28,227 nt of DNA from Candidatus Woesearchaeota archaeon (GCA_047602725.1 JBLKON010000001.1:1-28227), one strand, 5' to 3'; shown: positions 8,590 through 17,390, counted from the first letter of the stretch. Program-made: numbers and translations. Notes: generated by a model not told the origin, from the sequence alone.

Positions 8590-8697
8590 TCATTCACCTC
8601 TTTTGTTATAATTCATTTCACTATCTGTTGTCTTGCATTGAAGTTCAACTTCAACAACTTGCGGTACTTTGTTGTGTGCGCCTTTGATAACTCCCAT
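8590..8697 (-). CDS. Small peptide 1, 35 aa, MGVIKGAHNKVPQVVEVELQCKTTDSEMNYNKRGE; putative radical SAM substrate/precursor
   Basis: Hand translation. AGGTGA SD at 8703-8708, TATA-like TTTATATA at about 8737-8744 on the minus strand; paralogous to peptide 2. Confidence 0.75.
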   Translation of the reverse strand: MGVIKGAHNKVPQVVEVELQCKTTDSEMNYNKRGE

Positions 8698-8809
8698 AAT
8701 TATCACCTTATTTACTAATAGATGGTAAATTTTAATATATAAAATAGATTAATATATTATATAATTTATAGAACATTTTATATACTAATTATTATTTATA
8801 TTAAGTAAT

Positions 8810-9745
8810 ATGAAATTTTTATTTAAAGAAACCTATCGTAAAGACAGTCCAATCAAGCTTTCGACTACAGACAAAAAATTAATTCAACTCTTACTTATTG
8901 ATGCACGCACCCCTCTCAAAACACTAGCAAAACAATTACATGTATCAGAACCAGCTATACATTACAAAATAAAATCACTACAAGAAAAACAAATTCTACT
9001 CACCCCTGTAACATATCCTAATATACAACTCCTACAAAACCCCTTTTATATTGCAGAAGTATCAACACTTTTTGGCTCAGACACATTAGAAAACATAAAA
9101 AAAATACAATCTATAAAAGAAATTGCCATACAAATATGGTACTCTGGCCCTTATAATTTAATTTTTTCAATACAACATGAACAACCGCTACTTATTTTAC
9201 AAAAAATTCACAACATCATTCCCATAAAAAACTATCGCTTACGAAAAGTTATTAATATGTGGTACAACCCTCCCCATCTATTTTATAATACAAAAAAACA
9301 CGTTTCCTATACTACTAATACTCCTATACTTAATGAACGACAGAAAGAAATTTTTTCGTACTTAACAGAACATCCACTAGCAAGAATTTTGGAAATCCAC
9401 CACCAACTTGGCTATGCAACAAAAACCATCCAACAAGATCTACTTTTTTTATCTAAAGATGCAATACGAGCTATACTCTATCTTCCTAATGCTTGGGCTT
9501 GTCAGCATGATATCATTTCTACTTCCTTTAAAGTTATAGGTGATATACCAACATTAATACAACAACTCTTAGTATTACCTCAAACTAAAAATGTGTGGGT
9601 ATGTGATCATGAGTGGAATCTGAATGTTGCTTTTTGGGTAAAAAATCCAAGTGAACTTACTCGAATTATTGCACAATTAGAACAACAACATACGATTTTA
9701 GATGTTGACTATGGTATTGCAACCAAAATGATTGGTAAACTCTAA
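8810..9745 (+). CDS. Lrp/AsnC-family transcriptional regulator with two tandem HTH-RAM units
   Basis: LSTTDKKLIQLLLIDARTPLKTLAKQLHVSEPAIHYKIKSL (HTH 1); LNERQKEIFSYLTEHPLARILEIHHQLG (HTH 2); each followed by a RAM-like alpha/beta segment. Confidence 0.8.
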   Translation: MKFLFKETYRKDSPIKLSTTDKKLIQLLLIDARTPLKTLAKQLHVSEPAIHYKIKSLQEKQILLTPVTYPNIQLLQNPFYIAEVSTLFGSDTLENIKKIQSIKEIAIQIWYSGPYNLIFSIQHEQPLLILQKIHNIIPIKNYRLRKVINMWYNPPHLFYNTKKHVSYTTNTPILNERQKEIFSYLTEHPLARILEIHHQLGYATKTIQQDLLFLSKDAIRAILYLPNAWACQHDIISTSFKVIGDIPTLIQQLLVLPQTKNVWVCDHEWNLNVAFWVKNPSELTRIIAQLEQQHTILDVDYGIATKMIGKL

Positions 9746-9760
9746 TGTATGAACACTCAT

Positions 9761-10465
9761 TTATGTAACAATATCATCAAACACTTTTTGTCTATCACAA
9801 ACAAGTCCGCATTTTTCAAAAAACGTACAAATATTATGAATATCTCGCACTAAATACTCTTTTGCTTGCACATCCTCAACAGACGTTGCCTGACTCATGT
9901 CAATAAAAAATGGTTTTTGTTGATGATACAAAATATTAAATGAACTTAAATCAGCATGCACAATACCTGCTTTTTTATACAATAAACTCATTTGTTTTAC
10001 CACACTATCAAACACTGCTTGTACATCTTCAAAATCTGCTTTATGTAATTGTGGTGCCGCTACTTTACCTTCCCCCAAATATTCTTCTACCACAATATGA
10101 TGAGCAATATGAATAGGAGTTGGTACAAACACGCCAGCCTCACGCGCTTTGAGTAAATTTCTATATTCGCGTTGTACCCATGCAAAAATAATATTGCGCT
10201 TAGATGGTTTTACTCGTTCAAAACGTGGATCGCTTTTCAGGTATCCCCACATGGTATTAAAATTACAATTTTCTAAACGATAAATTTTTACAGCAACTAA
10301 AGTACCATCTTGTTTAGATGCAGAAAACACATTTGCTTCTTTTCCTAAGGAAATCGGGCTTACTAAATCCTCAAAAAATCCCTGTGAACTCAATTTAAAG
10401 AGTAATCGCAACGTAAATGCATCAAAGACATTACCATACACTTTAAACTTCTCTTTTTGAGCCAT
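9761..10465 (-). CDS. rio1: RIO1 serine/threonine kinase
   Basis: ISLGKEANVF, VAVKIYR, WVQREYRNL, VHADLSSFNIL, FIDMSQA. Confidence 0.92.
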   Translation of the reverse strand: MAQKEKFKVYGNVFDAFTLRLLFKLSSQGFFEDLVSPISLGKEANVFSASKQDGTLVAVKIYRLENCNFNTMWGYLKSDPRFERVKPSKRNIIFAWVQREYRNLLKAREAGVFVPTPIHIAHHIVVEEYLGEGKVAAPQLHKADFEDVQAVFDSVVKQMSLLYKKAGIVHADLSSFNILYHQQKPFFIDMSQATSVEDVQAKEYLVRDIHNICTFFEKCGLVCDRQKVFDDIVT

Positions 10466-10553
10466 ACAAAGGAGAGCAATTACTTATTTATAAATTTGTA
10501 TCTACAGTAAACTATCCACAACGTATTTATAGTACTTCTCCTTTCTACTCTCT

Positions 10554-11480
10554 ATGGTTCCTTATGACATTATTGTACAAAAAATTCATCAAGCTACTGG
10601 CTTATCTAAAGACGATATTGAAAAACGAGTAAAAAAGAAGTTACAAGAACTTTCTGGCTTACTTTCAGAACAAGGAGCAGCACATATTGTAGCTAATGAA
10701 TTAGCTGTTGACATCATGCCTTCTTTACAAGAACCTTTAGTTTTAAAAGATATTTTTGAAGGTATGAAAGGCATAAAAGTGAAAGTTAAAATTTTAGCTA
10801 TCTATGAAAAACGCAGTTTTAAAAATGCCCAAGGAACTGGTCAGGTACAAACCATATTAGTTGGAGATCATACCAAAAGCATGCGTATAACCTTTTGGCA
10901 TGAGCAAACCATGCTTCTTGATGATATACAACCTCAACAAAGTGTACTTATTAGTAATGTAACCTCCAAACAAAATCGCGGTGTGGAATTGCATGCAACA
11001 GCAAAAACAAAAATAGAACCACTCGATACTGATATTGTGTATGGTGTTATGCAAAAAACATGGATAACATCTGTTGAACCAGACACACAAGTTAAAATTT
11101 CTGGAGTTATCACGCAAGCCTATAAACCTACTAGTTTTGAGCGATGTCCTGTATGTAAAAAACGCATTAAACAAAAAGATAATCAATGGGTATGCGATGA
11201 ACATGGGGCTGTTGAACCAACATTAAGCTATGTAGCTAACATTGAAGTAGATGATGGAAGCGGTATTCTGCGTGTAGTGTGTTTTGATGGTGCAGTACAA
11301 CAACTCATGAACCCTCAAGAGTGGAATAAAGATGATCTTTTAGGAACGTATGTAAGTATTGAAGGAAAAATTGTGTTTAATGAGTTGTTTGAAAGAACAG
11401 AATGTATTGCGCAACGTATTGATACGCAAGTTGATGCTCAAAAAGAAAAAGAAGAAATTGAACGATTGTTCAATGTCTAA
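10554..11480 (+). CDS. rpa: Replication protein A (OB folds plus Zn finger)
   Basis: Archaeal N-terminal helical segment (GLLSEQGAAHIVANEL), two OB folds (VGDHTKSMRITFW; VDDGSGILRVVCF), CPVC...CDEH zinc finger. Confidence 0.8.
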   Translation: MVPYDIIVQKIHQATGLSKDDIEKRVKKKLQELSGLLSEQGAAHIVANELAVDIMPSLQEPLVLKDIFEGMKGIKVKVKILAIYEKRSFKNAQGTGQVQTILVGDHTKSMRITFWHEQTMLLDDIQPQQSVLISNVTSKQNRGVELHATAKTKIEPLDTDIVYGVMQKTWITSVEPDTQVKISGVITQAYKPTSFERCPVCKKRIKQKDNQWVCDEHGAVEPTLSYVANIEVDDGSGILRVVCFDGAVQQLMNPQEWNKDDLLGTYVSIEGKIVFNELFERTECIAQRIDTQVDAQKEKEEIERLFNV

Positions 11481-11495
11481 TACGTTTAGTTATAA

Positions 11496-11768
11496 TTACT
11501 TTTTTTTAGCTTTTTTCTTAGCAAACACCCCTACTAATGCAGCACCTACAGCAGCGCCTACAGCAGCAGCAGCAACCGCAGCTTTTTTAGGGTTTGTTTT
11601 AATTGCAGTACGTACTTTAGTTTCTGCAGTTTTTAACTTCTTTTTGAGTGCCTCTAAATGCTTTAATGCTTTTTTTTCTTCTGCAACACTTGCTTGTGCT
11701 GGCTTTGCAGTCTTTTTAGTTGCCTTTGTTGTTTTTTTTACTGTTTTTTTTGTTTTTTTGGTTACCAT
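11496..11768 (-). CDS. Small Lys/Ala-rich protein with C-terminal membrane anchor
   Basis: 27 Lys and 21 Ala in 90 aa; AGGTGA SD upstream; hydrophobic NPKKAAVAAAAVGAAVGAALVGVF segment followed by a Lys tail. Confidence 0.75.
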   Translation of the reverse strand: MVTKKTKKTVKKTTKATKKTAKPAQASVAEEKKALKHLEALKKKLKTAETKVRTAIKTNPKKAAVAAAAVGAAVGAALVGVFAKKKAKKK

Positions 11769-11815
11769 ACTATCACCTTCTTATTATTTTAACAAACAGA
11801 GTATTTAAACCTTGC

Positions 11816-12424
11816 TTAAAATTCGTTAAATTCAAGAACTTTTCCCATACCTGCAACATTCATAACAACAGTATCACCAATTTTTTCCTCAATACCACTT
11901 GCTTCATGAATATGACCACATAACACTAAGGTAGGTTGAAACTTTTCAATAATACCTCGTAACGCCTGAGAACCTGGGCATCCCGAAATTTTTTCCATAA
12001 CTGAACCTTTGGGATGCATATGAGAAATTAAAATTTTATGCTCTATTGTAGGTAATTTATTATGACTTTGTTCTAGTGCCGTATAGACATCCTCTTCACT
12101 AATAAACTGTGGACCAATATTAGCACCACCACAACCAAAAAAACCAACATTTCCATATACAGCAGTATTGTTATGCATATTAGTGGTTCCATATACGTGC
12201 GCTAACACTTGTGCAGTTACAAATGCATCATGATTACCAGGAACAAAAAGTACTTTTTTTTGTTGCTCAACAAAAGGACCTAGAATTTCTTGAGGTAAGT
12301 GCCCAGCGTGCCCTAAATCACCACATAAAATAACTAAATCTACTTCGTTATGCACCGCATGATGTGCAAGTGCTTGAGCAAACTGTTTATTATTATGTAA
12401 ATCAGCAGACGCTAAGATTTTCAT
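11816..12424 (-). CDS. Calcineurin-like metallophosphoesterase (Icc-related)
   Basis: ADLH, CGDL, PGNHD, SHMHP, CGHIHE motifs. Confidence 0.85.
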   Translation of the reverse strand: MKILASADLHNNKQFAQALAHHAVHNEVDLVILCGDLGHAGHLPQEILGPFVEQQKKVLFVPGNHDAFVTAQVLAHVYGTTNMHNNTAVYGNVGFFGCGGANIGPQFISEEDVYTALEQSHNKLPTIEHKILISHMHPKGSVMEKISGCPGSQALRGIIEKFQPTLVLCGHIHEASGIEEKIGDTVVMNVAGMGKVLEFNEF

Positions 12425-12969
12425 TATAATTGCCTCACATCAACTAAATGCGTGTACTTACCTACCTTAATACCCTCGTCTATTGCAAAATCAATGTGTT
12501 GCTTTAATTCTTTAGAAACTTCATCTAAATGTACTAAATAATCTTCACCTTCTCTATTAGCAGAAGTCATTATAAAAGGTACATCTAACTCACTAATAAC
12601 CTTACTAAACCAATGATTTGGCATATGCACAATAATATGTTCATGTCCTAAATGTAAAGCAGGACAAAACATATCTTTATTTTTTAACGTTACATGTAAT
12701 GCTTTGTTTTGTTGTACATGATGTAAATGTTGTTCATCTTCAATAATACAATGTTGCTTTATCCAAGCTAATGAAGGAGCAATTAAACAAAAAGGATGTT
12801 GATGTTGTGGTTTCATTGCACGTATTTTTTGTACTGCATCTGGCCATAATGCATTACACCCAATAGAATAAATAGCATCTGTAGGATGAATAATAATAGC
12901 ACCTTGTTTTAAATGATGTAATAAATATTCTTGTTTGACTTTAAATTCATCATTCGTGTACACTTGCAT
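12424..12969 (-). CDS. tsaC: Threonylcarbamoyl-AMP synthase, TsaC/Sua5 (YrdC domain only)
   Basis: HPTDAIYSIGC and TSAN motifs. Start corrected to MQVYTN (ATG 12969) because the longer ORF overlaps tRNA-Leu. Confidence 0.8.
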   Translation of the reverse strand: MQVYTNDEFKVKQEYLLHHLKQGAIIIHPTDAIYSIGCNALWPDAVQKIRAMKPQHQHPFCLIAPSLAWIKQHCIIEDEQHLHHVQQNKALHVTLKNKDMFCPALHLGHEHIIVHMPNHWFSKVISELDVPFIMTSANREGEDYLVHLDEVSKELKQHIDFAIDEGIKVGKYTHLVDVRQL

Positions 12970-13003
12970 ACGAATGGTAAAGAAGCTGTATATAAAAAGG
13001 TAA

Positions 13004-13121
13004 TGGTGCAAGGGAAGGGATTTGAACCCTCGAACCCAAAAGGGACAGGATGTCTCAACCTGTGTTAAGATGTCCCAGATACTTAAGTCCTGCGCATTTG
13101 ACCAGACTTTGCTACCCTTGC
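13004..13121 (-). tRNA. tRNA-Leu(TAA) with 30-nt intron at 37/38, CCA encoded
   Basis: Acceptor GCAAGGG/CCCTTGC+ACCA, anticodon stem CAGGA/TCCTG, long variable arm, T loop TTCAAAT; intron 13052-13081 forms a bulge-helix-bulge. Confidence 0.93.
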
Positions 13122-13149
13122 ATTACAGATAAGAAAACGTGTTAGGTTT

Positions 13150-13321
13150 TTAAAGTTTCTCTTTGATAACGTACACACTTACACCAACAAATGCTAGTGC
13201 AATACGTATTGCTATAAGGTACATGACTTCTTTGTGTTGTTTTAGAAAAACGCTTATCATCTACATCACACGCATCTCCTACACCATCTCCATCACTATC
13301 TAATTGATCTGGATTATTTTG
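13150..13321 (-). pseudogene. Relic 3' end of a surface protein with a thrombospondin type 3 repeat and C-terminal TM anchor
   Basis: Minus strand reads NPDQLDSDGDGVGDACD, then after a 1-nt shift in a T5 run EVMYLIAIRIALAFVGVSVYVIKEKL*; no start codon, TAA immediately upstream. Confidence 0.65.
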
Positions 13322-13372
13322 TTATTTATCACACACGTTAATTTTTTAAATACCTCACTGCCATCACCTCTT

Positions 13373-15022
13373 ATGACACAAGTACACGCATCAGAACTAG
13401 CCAAAAAGCAACGTGAAATTGGTGTTGCAGAATTTTTTGCAAAAAACAGACATCTTTTAGGGTTTGATAATAAAACAAAATCATTAATGACTACCATTAA
13501 AGAAGCAGTGGATAATTCATTGGATGCATGTGAAGAAGCAAAAATTTTACCAGAAATTATTGTTGAAGTTATTGATATGGGTAATGAGCGATTTCGTGTT
13601 ATTATTGAAGATAATGGTCCAGGTATTGTGAAAGAACAAATTCCAAAGATTTTTGCTAAACTTTTGTATGGTTCAAAATTTCATCAACTTAAAATGAGTA
13701 GAGGGCAACAAGGTATTGGTATTTCTGCAGCTGTTATGTATGCACAGTTAACTACGGGACGTGCAACAAAAATTATGTCTAAAACTGATGCGAATAGTCA
13801 AGCACATCATTATGAATTAAAAATAGATACTAAAACTAACGAACCTTTAATCCTAAAAGATGAACAGGTTTTATGGGAAAAGGATCATGGTACGCGTATT
13901 GAAATAGATTTAGAAGCTGGATATCAACGCGGTGCTCGCTCTATTGATGAATACTTAAAACAAACTGCTATTGTCAATCCTCATGTTACTATTATGTACA
14001 CGAATCCTAAAGCTGAACAGTTTATTTTTTCTCGTATTTCTCAGCAACCGTTTGATACTCCTGAAGCAATTAAACCTCATCCTTATGGTGTTGAATTGGG
14101 TACCTTAATGAAAATGTTAGAAGATACCCCTGCAAAAACATTACAACAATTTTTAACTACTGAATTTAGTAGGGTAAGTGCTCAAACAGCAAAAGAAATT
14201 TGTGAACATGCACGTTTAGATCCACTTAAAGTAAAACCTAAACACATACATCGCGATCAAGCAGAGCATCTTATTGCAGGTATTAAAGAAACTAAAATTA
14301 TGGCTCCACCTACTGAATGTATTACACCTGTAGGAAAAGAATTGTTAGAAAAAGGATTAAAAAAAGAAATTAATGCAGAGTTTTATGCAACAGCTTCAAG
14401 GCCTCCTTCTGTATATCGAGGAAATCCTTTTATTATTGAAGTGGGTATTGCTTATGGTGGAAATCAACCTGGTGATCAATTAGCTAATGTTATTCGTTTT
14501 GCTAATAGAGTTCCTCTATTATTTCAACAAGGTGCGTGTATTATTACTAAATCTATTCAACAAACGAATTGGAAAAGTTATGGATTATCACAATCACAAT
14601 CGTCACTTCCCTCTGGGCCTCTTACTATTGTGGTAGCTATTAATTCTGTATGGGTTCCTTTTACTTCTGAATCGAAAGAAGCAGTTGCTCATTATCCTGA
14701 AATTAATAAGGAAGTAAAATTAGCCTTACAAGAAGTTGGTCGTATGCTTAATAGTTACTTAAAAAAGAAAAAGAAAGTTGGCCATGAATTAAAAAAGAGA
14801 AGTTATATTGAAAAATATATTCCTCATGTAAGTTTGGCTTTGCAAGAACTGTTACACTTAGATAAGCATCAAGTAGAAGCACTTGAACAAGATTTATACA
14901 CGATTATGGAACAAACGCGAGGTAAGGTTGAAGATATGAAATTTGATCCTACCAAAAATGAAGAATATGATGAAGAATTTGCCAAACTAGGAAAATACGA
15001 TGACATGGAGGATGATGAGTAA
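13373..15022 (+). CDS. top6B: DNA topoisomerase VI subunit B
   Basis: EAVDNSLDA, EDNGPGI, GSKF...SRGQQGIG GHKL motifs, KPHPYG, RFANRVPLL. Start moved to MTQVHA (ATG 13373), about 22 nt after TTTAAATA. Confidence 0.95.
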   Translation: MTQVHASELAKKQREIGVAEFFAKNRHLLGFDNKTKSLMTTIKEAVDNSLDACEEAKILPEIIVEVIDMGNERFRVIIEDNGPGIVKEQIPKIFAKLLYGSKFHQLKMSRGQQGIGISAAVMYAQLTTGRATKIMSKTDANSQAHHYELKIDTKTNEPLILKDEQVLWEKDHGTRIEIDLEAGYQRGARSIDEYLKQTAIVNPHVTIMYTNPKAEQFIFSRISQQPFDTPEAIKPHPYGVELGTLMKMLEDTPAKTLQQFLTTEFSRVSAQTAKEICEHARLDPLKVKPKHIHRDQAEHLIAGIKETKIMAPPTECITPVGKELLEKGLKKEINAEFYATASRPPSVYRGNPFIIEVGIAYGGNQPGDQLANVIRFANRVPLLFQQGACIITKSIQQTNWKSYGLSQSQSSLPSGPLTIVVAINSVWVPFTSESKEAVAHYPEINKEVKLALQEVGRMLNSYLKKKKKVGHELKKRSYIEKYIPHVSLALQELLHLDKHQVEALEQDLYTIMEQTRGKVEDMKFDPTKNEEYDEEFAKLGKYDDMEDDE

Positions 15023-16111
15023 ATGGCTAGACAACAAACAGTAGATCATATTAAGCAATTAGCACAACAGATTTACAAAAGTATTGAACAAAAAGAATCT
15101 CCAAGCATTTCTATGCCTTTACGTTCTTTGAGTAATGTTACCTTTGATGAAGGTATTGGTTATTTTGAATTATTAGGTAAAGAAAAACAACGTACACTTA
15201 CAGCCTCTACCATTAAAACATTTGCTCAAACACTTCGTTTACTTTCTTTATCCAAAGAACTTTCTGTCACTGATGATGAGGCAACCAAAAGAGAGGCGTA
15301 TTATGTTTCTAAAAATTGGGGAGACGCTAAATTTAATGAACAAACTGAATCTGATACTATTATGGATGATATTGAAGGTATGTTAACCTTAAATAGAGAA
15401 GCTATTGGTTTTGTTCCCGAAGAAAAAGGAGGAGAGGTTGCAGGAAAACTTATTGTTATTGACAAAGATTTTGAAACCAAAAAAGAAATTCGTATTGATT
15501 GTACGCAATTTGGTAGTGGTGCGTATTCTATTCCTTCAAAAGTAGAAGAGTTATCATTTGAAACCAAAGCAGATTTTATTTTAGCTATTGAAACAAGTGG
15601 TATGTTTCAGCGATTAGCTAAACATAAATATTGGAAAACAGCAAATTGTATTTTAATTTCTATGGGAGGTGTTCCTACGCGCGCAACTCGCCGTTTTATT
15701 AGACGTTTGGCTGATAGTGCTGGTATTCCTGTATACGCTTTTACAGATGGAGATCCCTATGGATGGCTTAATATTTATAGAACGCTAAAAGTTGGTTCTG
15801 GTAATGCTGCACATATTAACAAATATTTTTGTGTACCGCAAGCAAAGTTTTTTGGTATTACTGCTCAAGATATTATTGATTATAATTTACCTACTCATCC
15901 TCTAAAAGATATTGACATTAAACGTATTAAAGACGGTATAAAAAATGATCCCTTTGTACAACATTATAAAGAATGGCAAAAAGCACTTAATCATATGGTA
16001 ACATTAAAAAAACGTGCAGAACAACAGGCATTAGCATCGCGTGGTTTGAATTCGGTTATGAGTGAATATTTGCCTAATAAATTAGAAGATCCAAAAACAT
16101 GGCTTCCGTAG
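15023..16111 (+). CDS. top6A: DNA topoisomerase VI subunit A
   Basis: TKREAYY catalytic Tyr, IETSGMFQRL and TDGDPYG TOPRIM motifs, KRAEQQAL; directly follows top6B. Confidence 0.95.
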   Translation: MARQQTVDHIKQLAQQIYKSIEQKESPSISMPLRSLSNVTFDEGIGYFELLGKEKQRTLTASTIKTFAQTLRLLSLSKELSVTDDEATKREAYYVSKNWGDAKFNEQTESDTIMDDIEGMLTLNREAIGFVPEEKGGEVAGKLIVIDKDFETKKEIRIDCTQFGSGAYSIPSKVEELSFETKADFILAIETSGMFQRLAKHKYWKTANCILISMGGVPTRATRRFIRRLADSAGIPVYAFTDGDPYGWLNIYRTLKVGSGNAAHINKYFCVPQAKFFGITAQDIIDYNLPTHPLKDIDIKRIKDGIKNDPFVQHYKEWQKALNHMVTLKKRAEQQALASRGLNSVMSEYLPNKLEDPKTWLP

Positions 16112-16428
16112 ATGTGTATATTGATTTTTTAGACCATCATCAACACATAGTTCGTGAATTGCGAACATTACTCTTAGATTTAGGTTTACAAGAAACGATG
16201 AAATATGGTTTACCGTTCTATACGTTTAAAGGAAATATGTGCTATATTAATGTAAGAAAAACAGATGTCGTACTTGGTTTTTATTATGGTGCATCTTTAG
16301 ATGTGAGTTTTGATGTTACTCAAAAAATGGTGGGACATATTATTATTGATAAGACTATAGACACACAACGCATTACCCAAGCAGTACATGTTGCAAAAAC
16401 ATACAATACACTTAAATATAAAGTATAA
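16099..16428 (+). CDS. DUF1801/YdhG-like protein
   Basis: LRTLL...ETMKYGLPFYTFKGNMCY pattern typical of DUF1801. Confidence 0.65.
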   Translation: MASVDVYIDFLDHHQHIVRELRTLLLDLGLQETMKYGLPFYTFKGNMCYINVRKTDVVLGFYYGASLDVSFDVTQKMVGHIIIDKTIDTQRITQAVHVAKTYNTLKYKV

Positions 16429-16439
16429 TTTTTTCTTTT

Positions 16440-17390
16440 ATGGATATTAAACAAGTTGCTGTTATTGGTGATTTACATGGTACATATAGTGCTTTAGAAG
16501 CAATTCTTGAAGCTTTACGGCAACAAGAATTTATTAAAGTAAAAAATGGTACATGGAGCATTGCTGACCATACTCAACTTGTATTTCTGGGAGACTATAT
16601 TGATAGAGGAAATGAAGGGAGAAAGGTTATTGAAACGATTCAAAATGTACAAACCCAAAATCAACAACAAGTTATTGCTCTGCTAGGAAATCATGAAGTT
16701 ATGACAATATATGATTATTGTTTTTTAAACCATTTTGCACACGAGAAATCACGAGAATTACACTTAGACTCTTTTCAAAAAATTCCTAATTTTGTTTATG
16801 ATTTTATTATAAAAAAATATCATTCTAGCAATAATAATATCAATAATGAACATTTATTTATTGAAGAATTTGGACATACTCCTAAACAACAAGTACTAGG
16901 ATTTTTAGAATATATGCACCCTAATGGTCCTATTGGACATTGGTTAAGAACGCTACCTTTGTTTTATAAAAGAACAATAGGAACAACATCTATATTATGT
17001 ACTCATGCAGATATTGATGACATTGTAGCTCAAGACTTTTATGCACATATTACTAGGTTACGTCAAGCAGTCGAACATGTAGATGATGAACACATGCGAG
17101 AGGAAGCTTATGATACACTGCTAAATGATACAAGTATTTTGTATAGTCACTGTTTTGGACGCTATAACAATACACAAGCTAAAAAATTATGTAGAACGTT
17201 GGGTGTTGATTACATTTTTAATGGTCATACACCCAAATATGGAACAATACGCACACTAGGTAATTGTATACATACCCTTGATGTTGGTATGTGCACTGGA
17301 GCTGCACCTACGGTGTTATTGGTACGCAACAATAAGATAGAATTATTACGACAAGATGCTTGGAAAACTCATCCAATTACCCTGCATTAG
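16440..17390 (+). CDS. PPP-family metallophosphatase (Shewanella-like phosphatase type)
   Basis: GDLHG, GDYIDRG, GNHE, THA, GHTP, LDVGM. Confidence 0.85.
   Translation: MDIKQVAVIGDLHGTYSALEAILEALRQQEFIKVKNGTWSIADHTQLVFLGDYIDRGNEGRKVIETIQNVQTQNQQQVIALLGNHEVMTIYDYCFLNHFAHEKSRELHLDSFQKIPNFVYDFIIKKYHSSNNNINNEHLFIEEFGHTPKQQVLGFLEYMHPNGPIGHWLRTLPLFYKRTIGTTSILCTHADIDDIVAQDFYAHITRLRQAVEHVDDEHMREEAYDTLLNDTSILYSHCFGRYNNTQAKKLCRTLGVDYIFNGHTPKYGTIRTLGNCIHTLDVGMCTGAAPTVLLVRNNKIELLRQDAWKTHPITLH

Noticed and set aside
8230-8718. Plus-strand ORFs 8230-8718 and 8499-8687
   Set aside because: Antisense to the radical SAM 5' end and the two peptides, which have SD sites, translational coupling and paralogy; these have none.
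8710-8809. Short palindromes in the Lrp/peptide spacer
   Set aside because: Sequence is almost all A/T, so such palindromes are expected by chance; no specific operator called.
10589-11923. ORFs 10589-10774, 10857-11204, 11359-11808, 11720-11923
   Set aside because: Shadows of rpa and of the low-complexity Lys/Ala-rich gene.
12970-13011. N-terminal extension of tsaC in the ORF track
   Set aside because: Overlaps the tRNA-Leu 3' end and the TATA box; ATG 12969 fits better.
13300-13497. ORF 13300-13497 (-) and the 13304 start of top6B
   Set aside because: Antisense shadow; homology-like sequence of top6B begins at ATG 13373.
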